Origin: a virus
Lineage: Duplodnaviria > Caudoviricetes
IMG/VR virus record: IMGVR_UViG_3300044723_007969
Length of the DNA: 64,000 bases
Reading direction: 5' to 3' (one strand)
In this document: positions 58,801 to 64,000 of the stretch, piece after piece
Layout of the letters: each line of letters opens with the position of its first letter
Numbering within the stretch: position 1 is the first letter of the stretch
Position numbers and translations under genes: made by a program
Notes under the pieces: model-generated
What the model was told of the DNA's origin: nothing
What the model saw: the letters and a program-made list of their open reading frames with translations, nothing else
Database searches by the model: none

Positions 58801-59294
58801 GTGATAAGTGTTGGAGTAACTGTTGTGAATGCTTGATTAGTCTTTGACCATTCAAATAAACCAAAACTGCTTGTTGCAAGGTCAAACCAGTATGTTCCAT
58901 CTGTTGGTGCCGCTGTCGGTGCCGAAGCACTTCCAATTAAACCGTTTGTGTCAACGTTAGCTCTTAGCACATATGCTCTGTTGGCAACTCCTAAGAAACT
59001 GTACGCCGCTTGTAGACCCCATTCATTTAATTCATAACCGTGTAATGAATTTCCTGATGCGTCTGTGTAGAATTTTGGATCTCCAAAAGTCTCTGTTAAT
59101 TCTCTTTGAGAAGAAATCAAATATGCAGTGTTGGCATTTGATGTCTGTGTTCCAGACGCTGTGCCGTCACCTGCTCCGTTCTTCTTATCTTGTGCTGATG
59201 CTACTATGAATAGTGGTGTCGTACCCGCATCTGATGGTACATAGAAACTTTCGTTTATTACACTAACTTCTACTCCTGGTGATGTTAAAGCCAT
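55884..59294 (-). CDS. tail sheath protein (T4 gp18), 1136 aa
   Basis: LTSPGVEV, PWFAPSG..RG, DRINVSRL, FEPND, CDDTNNTP, PIKSVEFI. Confidence 0.95.
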   Translation of the reverse strand: MALTSPGVEVSVINESFYVPSDAGTTPLFIVASAQDKKNGAGDGTASGTQTSNANTAYLISSQRELTETFGDPKFYTDASGNSLHGYELNEWGLQAAYSFLGVANRAYVLRANVDTNGLIGSASAPTAAPTDGTYWFDLATSSFGLFEWSKTNQAFTTVTPTLITSTSDLVGGVSTGAPKTSIGVIGDYAINTTHVSNKIYKKTASNTWVQVGSEAWNTSLPVVTVASGTTVTSGHTMDINGTTVTTSGTTLANVAAAIGSNVTNVTASVNATTGNLEIFHNGKALGDSTGGTNTIRFEEGNGTLVADLGITSNTVLNGVQFLQDKHTNRPTWKTADENRPNGSVWFKTTSANSGASLVTKIYSSSNASFSTVASPLYANHTSAIFNLDAANGGSSLTVGTIYAQYNITEESMTAADATDATPNVGDFQLFRYEGGATTITSNVTSPTFTSSETFSIQESVKNQEALSTAVTVTLGGTDADAFIAAVNGAALTNVSASKTTAGAIVMTHKLGGEFRMVDTSGTPLADAGFSQTTAHAYGTFTNNSATLLDNLYDIPTGDSIDSSANTGIIASNWKRLSYTASTSAPTNEPADGTLWYDTSTDEADIMAHNGTTWVGYATAYSSTDPEGPQFSATAPTTQSDGTALVTNDLWIDTSDLENYPKLYKYNTSATLSSTNTANQVAVTTTGAAWELVDKSDQTTEDGIVFADARLHTAADKADSLSTGGAGTFSTIKSLLSDGFLDPDAPNPDLYPQGIMLWNTRRSGYNVKEYKNNYITTTKYPGSGSAGLGNIRTSNNESVATYFPDRWVTKSSNNADGSGTFGRKAQRKVIVEQLKSEIDTNQAIREDQRGYNVIATPGYPELISNMINLNTDRNNTAFIVGDTPMRLEGTSTKIQDWANNSAAALDNGEDGLVSASDYLGVFYPSGSTTDNTGKTIVVPPSHMMMRTLANNDNIAFPWFAPSGTRRGIVDNATAVGYIDTASGEFQTISVTESVRDSMHEVKVNPITFFSGAGIVNFGNLTKTSASSALDRINVSRLAVYLRSQLDAIAKPFIFEPNDELTRNEIKGAIESFMLELVGQRALYDFLVVCDDTNNTPTRIDRNELYVDIAIEPIKSVEFIYIPLRIKNTGEIAKLGN

Positions 59295-59412
59295 TTTTCG
59301 TATTCTCCTTGCAAGTTGTACGTATATACTAGAACTATTTATTCAATCATACGGTTTTTACGACAATTCTTACCATTTTCGTGGTGCCTATATAGGCGAC
59401 TTAAATACGTGT

Positions 59413-59772
59413 ATGCAGTATAAAAACAGACCATTGTGCAAAGAGTGTAAAGCAAAGCCGCGGGCCTATGCTTATCGCAAAGGGTCAACCGTGTATTGGC
59501 GTAGCCTGTGTGACACGTGTAATCGTAAAAAACACAACAAGAAGATAGGTGGGGTCACTGCATTACAGCGTTCAGGTTACAAAAAGAAACGTAAGTGTGA
59601 ACTGTGTGGATTCAAAGCACAAAATCAAACACAATTGGATGTGTATTTTATTGATGGGGATCTACGTAATACTGCTACTTCTAATCTAAAAACAGTTTGT
59701 GCCAATTGCCAGAGGTTGCAAGGGGTCAGACGTCTTGGCTGGAGAATGGGAGATCTTGTCGCTGACGATTAG
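59413..59772 (+). CDS. Zn-binding HNH-endonuclease-like protein
   Basis: Four CxxC; IDGD..N....NL..VCANC. Confidence 0.7.
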   Translation: MQYKNRPLCKECKAKPRAYAYRKGSTVYWRSLCDTCNRKKHNKKIGGVTALQRSGYKKKRKCELCGFKAQNQTQLDVYFIDGDLRNTATSNLKTVCANCQRLQGVRRLGWRMGDLVADD

Positions 59773-60339
59773 GTTGTCTATTTTTGCGTATAATTCTTCT
59801 TTTGTGCTATTGTTTTCAATGACGTAATCAAACTCTTCTTTTGCCCATGCATATTCAGAAGAATGTATGCCCTTGGGTTCTATATTGCCTTCTGTATAAT
59901 TGACAAACCAGTCAGGATCTTGTCCTCTTTTTACGAGTATTATTTTGCCACCCTGTTCCCTTATCTGTTTTACTTCGTTGGGAAATCTTGTGTCTGCTAT
60001 GACTGTATTTTGTCCTTTGTATCTACCTATACAACTGTCAACCCAAATTCCGTCATACATTTGACCACGCATTACTTCTGTGCCGAAAAACTGTAACACC
60101 CATCTTGGTGTGGTGGGTTTCCCAAACTTTTCACTCCAAAATTTGTCTGGCTGTTCTCTCCAGTGTCTACTGGATTCCGTGTCTCCTTCAAGCATAGCTC
60201 TATCCCAATTGAACATGGATGCGACAGCGTCTTTCAAACTTTTAGCAAAACTGTCTTTTTGATATCCGTGTTTTTCCACGAGTCTGTCAGCGACTGTGCC
60301 TTTGCCAGAACTTATCAAACCTACTATACCTATCAACAT
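59686..60339 (-). CDS. deoxynucleoside monophosphate kinase (T4 gp1)
   Basis: GLISSGKGT, SFAKSLK, PRWVLQFFGTE, DTRFPNE, HSSE. Confidence 0.9.
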   Translation of the reverse strand: MLIGIVGLISSGKGTVADRLVEKHGYQKDSFAKSLKDAVASMFNWDRAMLEGDTESSRHWREQPDKFWSEKFGKPTTPRWVLQFFGTEVMRGQMYDGIWVDSCIGRYKGQNTVIADTRFPNEVKQIREQGGKIILVKRGQDPDWFVNYTEGNIEPKGIHSSEYAWAKEEFDYVIENNSTKEELYAKIDNLIVSDKISHSPAKTSDPLQPLAIGTNCF

Positions 60340-60351
60340 AGGTTTATTATA

Positions 60352-60534
60352 CTATTTTTTTAGGCGTTTTTCAATGACTATTTTTGCTTCTTTTACCGCA
60401 CCCAGAATAGATTTACGGATTTCTAGTTTTTTACTTTTCAAAGCACTGATAGACATATTTTCTAGGTCATTAACTATTAGTTCTAGTTCGTCTATATTAC
60501 ATTCTTTATATTTCTTGTATCGAGAATTGTCCAT
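60352..60534 (-). CDS. small hypothetical protein
   Basis: TAAATA upstream. Confidence 0.6.
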   Translation of the reverse strand: MDNSRYKKYKECNIDELELIVNDLENMSISALKSKKLEIRKSILGAVKEAKIVIEKRLKK

Positions 60535-60566
60535 GATACTGTTATTTAAAAATATATGATTATGAA

Positions 60567-61328
60567 TTAACCAATAACAAAACTATGTGGTGTTCCGCCC
60601 TCTTGGAAATTACCTATGTCTGCTTCGAGTCTTTCAATTTCTGCTTGACCTTCTTGCTTCAGTGCATCACCGTTCAGTGTTGTTCCACCCTGCGGACCTG
60701 CTATTGTATTGAACTTGCCTCTTGCTTCACCCAACATTATTTTAGACACAGCGAGAGTGTAGTCTCTGATCCACGGTTTTGAATAGATGTCCTTGAACAG
60801 TGTGATGTCAGGTCTGTAGTTGTCTGTGTGCATCAGCACGGTCTCGTCATCTGCCCTAGGTCGTTGTGTGATAGTCAATTTTTTAGTTGCCACGTCAAAA
60901 TGGAACTGTATGAAACTTCCAAACATTTTACCAACCATTTCTTGATACGATGCGAAAGCATAGTAAGTTGCCAATCCACCTGTTGCACCCGCCCTCAGGA
61001 GATAGGTGTTTGTGTACGCTAGGTTGAACGGTTCAAACAATGTTCCGCCCTCGCCACCTTCGGTCCTTGAACCAACTGTTCTTCTGTTCAAGTTTCTCAC
61101 ATTAACTATTTCGTCTGGTAAGATATAACTGTTTTGGTTTTTCTTTAGTTCCAGGAATGCATACGATTCTTCCACAGCATTTGATGATCGCTGTCTGAAT
61201 TTGTTTACTGCTCTTTCCAGTGCCGTTTGATAGTGTTTTGGGTCCAATTCAACATCAATCATCCCGTCACCGAGATTGTTCTTAACGTAATCGAAAATTT
61301 CCTGTTGTCCTGATTGTAGTTCTGACAT
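60567..61328 (-). CDS. neck protein (T4 gp13)
   Basis: LGDGMIDVEL, KF..IAGPQGGTTLNG, C-terminal FVIG; TATAAATA upstream. Confidence 0.85.
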   Translation of the reverse strand: MSELQSGQQEIFDYVKNNLGDGMIDVELDPKHYQTALERAVNKFRQRSSNAVEESYAFLELKKNQNSYILPDEIVNVRNLNRRTVGSRTEGGEGGTLFEPFNLAYTNTYLLRAGATGGLATYYAFASYQEMVGKMFGSFIQFHFDVATKKLTITQRPRADDETVLMHTDNYRPDITLFKDIYSKPWIRDYTLAVSKIMLGEARGKFNTIAGPQGGTTLNGDALKQEGQAEIERLEADIGNFQEGGTPHSFVIG

Positions 61329-61371
61329 ACTCATATTTATAGTCATTGCCTGTGCAATAAATATGTATGAT

Positions 61372-62541
61372 ATGCCAAGATTATCCATTTTCAAGCCTGA
61401 AAAGGGCAATGACTACAAATTCTTCGATCGTAACATCAGAGAGATGTTCACGGTGGGAGGAACAGACCTACATTTCCACAAATACCTCGGACCATACGAC
61501 CAAGGTGACACAAACAAGGATGGACCAGCATCACCAAGTCAACCCAGAGTAACAGGTTCAGATTTGAACGAAACAACAATACAAGATCTATTATTTTTAG
61601 AGAACAGAGATAGAAAATATGGAGACGATGTGTATGTTGTTAGGGGAATATACAACGTGCAAGATCAAGATTTCAACTTATCGCAGTTTGGAATGTTCCT
61701 GCAGAACGATACACTATTTTTAACCGTACATCTTAATGATATAGTGGAAAGAATAGGCAGGAAACCAATGTCGGGTGATGTAATAGAATTCCCCCACATG
61801 AAGGAAGATTACTCATTGGACGAAAGCATACCAATTGCACTGAAAAGATACTATGTTGTGGAGGATGTGAATAGGGCGGCAGAAGGATTTTCTCCAACTT
61901 GGTGGCCACACCTATTGAGATTGAAGATGAAGACCCTAGTAGATTCACAAGAATTCAGAGATGTAATCGGAGACGCAACAACAGAAGGATCGCTGGCAAG
62001 TTATATGTCAACTTTCAACAAAGAAAAAACAATCAACGATCAGATTGTTGCACAGGCAGAACAAGATTCTCCAAAAGCAGGATTTAATTACAAACAATAT
62101 TATGTTGCACCTATAGACGAAAGAGGAAACATCAGGACAGAGAATGTCAATACAGAAAGTCAAAGGGCAAGTAGCTCTACAACAGTGAATGCAACAATAG
62201 ACACACCTGCAAGTTCGCACTATGGATTCTACTTGGATGGTGACGGTGTTGCCCCTAATGGTAATCCTGCAGGGTTTGGTATATCGTTCCCGACAACAGG
62301 AGTTGACAAAGGAGATTACTTCTTGAGAACTGATTATCTACCAAACAGATTGTTCCGATATGACGGCAACAGATGGATTAAGATAGAGGACAGTGTGAGA
62401 ATAACTACAACAAACAATGATTCAAGAGGAAACTACAAAACAAGTTTTGTAAACAACGCAACAGAATCTACTATCAATGGCTTGACAGTCAAACAGAGAC
62501 AATCATTGACAGATGCATTGAAACCAAAGGCTGACAATTAA
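61372..62541 (+). CDS. neck/head-closure protein (gp14-like)
   Basis: LSQFG...F, RKPMSGDVIEFP; between gp13 and gp15. Confidence 0.7.
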   Translation: MPRLSIFKPEKGNDYKFFDRNIREMFTVGGTDLHFHKYLGPYDQGDTNKDGPASPSQPRVTGSDLNETTIQDLLFLENRDRKYGDDVYVVRGIYNVQDQDFNLSQFGMFLQNDTLFLTVHLNDIVERIGRKPMSGDVIEFPHMKEDYSLDESIPIALKRYYVVEDVNRAAEGFSPTWWPHLLRLKMKTLVDSQEFRDVIGDATTEGSLASYMSTFNKEKTINDQIVAQAEQDSPKAGFNYKQYYVAPIDERGNIRTENVNTESQRASSSTTVNATIDTPASSHYGFYLDGDGVAPNGNPAGFGISFPTTGVDKGDYFLRTDYLPNRLFRYDGNRWIKIEDSVRITTTNNDSRGNYKTSFVNNATESTINGLTVKQRQSLTDALKPKADN

Positions 62542-62543
62542 GA

Positions 62544-63986
62544 ATGTTACACTTTTACGAAGGACAGGTTAGAAAATTCCTTACTCAATTCATTAGGATA
62601 TTGAGTAACTTCTCCGTGGAGACCGGCAAGGGCAGTGATGGATCAGTGTCACTGAGGGCAGTACCTGTTGTGTATGGAGATCCCACGAGACAGGTTGCAA
62701 ACATAATAAGGAATAACAGCGAAAACGCATTACAATATGCTCCAAGAATTGCTTGTTATGTCAGAGAATTAAATTACGATAGGGAAAGAATGCAAAATCC
62801 TTATCATATCGAAAAACAACATTTGAAAGAAAGAAAAATTGACAGCGACGGAAATTATACCAATGAATTGGGTGCCGGTTACACTGTTGAGAAAGTGATG
62901 CCTTCACCTTTTAGACTAGAAGTATCAGCAGACATATGGAGTTCAAACACAGATCAAAAATTACAGATAATGGAGCAAATACTTTACTTGTTCAACCCTG
63001 ACTTCGAGATACAGAAAACTGACAACTACATTGACTGGACAAGTTTAAGTTATGTTGAATTGACAGGCACTACTTTCAGTTCTAGGACAATACCAGTGGG
63101 TGCAGACACAGAAATAGATGTTGCGACACTAACCTTCTCCATGCCTATTTGGCTATCACCACCGGTCAAAGTCAAAAAACTAGGTGTGGTACAGAAAATC
63201 ATAATGAGCATATACGACGACGATGGAGGTATAGCAAAAGGTTTGATAGACGGCGAGTTGACTTCAAGAAGTTACATAACACCAAACAACTTTGGATTGT
63301 TAGTGACAGGAAATCAATTGAGACTGCTGGGTACGACAGGTACCAGTGTCAAGTCAGGTGGAGATGGGTTCCATACAGGTGCCAATGCTCCTTCGAATCT
63401 CGATCCATTTGAAACATTTGGACCTGCTGTGAATTGGAAAACATTACTTGACCAGTACGGCAAGGTCACAAATGGAACGTCACAGATAAGGTTGATGCAA
63501 CCAAACGGAAATGAGATCATAGGTACAATAGCAACCTCAACACTAGATGACACTATATTACTTTACACAATAGATCAGGACACTGTACCAAATAATACAC
63601 TAACGGGTGTTAAAAAGATCATAAATCCTGCAACATTTGATCCAGGTACTCCAGTAAACGGAGACAGGTATCTCGTGATCAACGATGTTGGAGATAGCAC
63701 AGCAAGTTTCCAAAGTGCCACTTGGGGTACACTTGTAGCCAGCGTTGGCGACATTATAGAATATAACAGTGCAACAAGCAAATGGAATGTGGCCTTTGAT
63801 GCTTCTAACCCAGATTCAACACAACATTATCTTACCAATCTTAACACAGGCATACAGTACAGATTCAACGGAACGGAATGGGTCAAATCGTATGAGGGTG
63901 TGTACACACAGGGTAATTGGAGTATTGTTTTAGATGGCGGCGCAAGTCCTGGATACAATTCAAGCCTTGACGCTACTACTCCTTAA
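62544..63986 (+). CDS. tail sheath stabiliser/terminator (gp15-like) with C-terminal extension
   Basis: HFYEGQVRK, VPVVYG, QIMEQIL.LFNP. Confidence 0.82.
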   Translation: MLHFYEGQVRKFLTQFIRILSNFSVETGKGSDGSVSLRAVPVVYGDPTRQVANIIRNNSENALQYAPRIACYVRELNYDRERMQNPYHIEKQHLKERKIDSDGNYTNELGAGYTVEKVMPSPFRLEVSADIWSSNTDQKLQIMEQILYLFNPDFEIQKTDNYIDWTSLSYVELTGTTFSSRTIPVGADTEIDVATLTFSMPIWLSPPVKVKKLGVVQKIIMSIYDDDGGIAKGLIDGELTSRSYITPNNFGLLVTGNQLRLLGTTGTSVKSGGDGFHTGANAPSNLDPFETFGPAVNWKTLLDQYGKVTNGTSQIRLMQPNGNEIIGTIATSTLDDTILLYTIDQDTVPNNTLTGVKKIINPATFDPGTPVNGDRYLVINDVGDSTASFQSATWGTLVASVGDIIEYNSATSKWNVAFDASNPDSTQHYLTNLNTGIQYRFNGTEWVKSYEGVYTQGNWSIVLDGGASPGYNSSLDATTP

Positions 63987-64000
63987 TTGTTATAATAACT

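Noticed and set aside
55939-59209. Long antisense ORFs within the sheath and other core genes
   Set aside because: Shadow frames produced by codon bias of the real strand; no initiation signals
1-64000. CRISPR array
   Set aside because: No run of equal-length direct repeats with unique spacers was seen; the dispersed hexamers are too short and irregular
1-64000. Stop-codon reassignment
   Set aside because: Core genes are full length in the standard code, TAA/TAG/TGA all end genes, and no suppressor tRNA is present

Overview
The whole window is bacteriophage DNA from a large T4-superfamily myovirus. Its gene set (mini-DnaE, ClpP, 1136-aa sheath, gp13/14/15, AAA ATPase) resembles the RaK2/GAP32/Atu_ph07/SCTP-2 type of large phage; this is recalled from memory, not searched. 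An aquatic alphaproteobacterial (SAR11-like) host is my inference from the porin, the DctP homologue and the leaderless genes. Layout: 1-6.3 kb, short + strand early genes and an AAA ATPase. 6.3-7.7 kb, a gene-poor motif-dense interval (origin or control-region candidate). 8.5-22.4 kb, accessory enzymes (methyltransferases, signal-less DctP, AsnB-like protein, ClpP, PLP enzyme, radical SAM, porin, kinase) and three tRNAs. 22.5-32 kb, replication (gp41, gp61, mini-DnaE, clamp-loader subunit, UvsW). 32.5-42.8 kb, a glycosyltransferase/methyltransferase island. 42.8-47 kb, UvsY, UvsX and gp32. 47-64 kb, head, terminase, tail tube, sheath and neck genes. The most notable signals read from the sequence are: about 20 TAAATA late-promoter boxes 4-8 nt before start codons (a leaderless late program); a TGGTAA hexamer clustered 11 times in 1.3 kb and present in most promoter regions; two candidate structured RNAs; a 196-aa minimal PolIII-alpha; and the glycan island with four paralogous capsule-type glycosyltransferases. 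All product calls come from motif recognition by eye; no searches were run.
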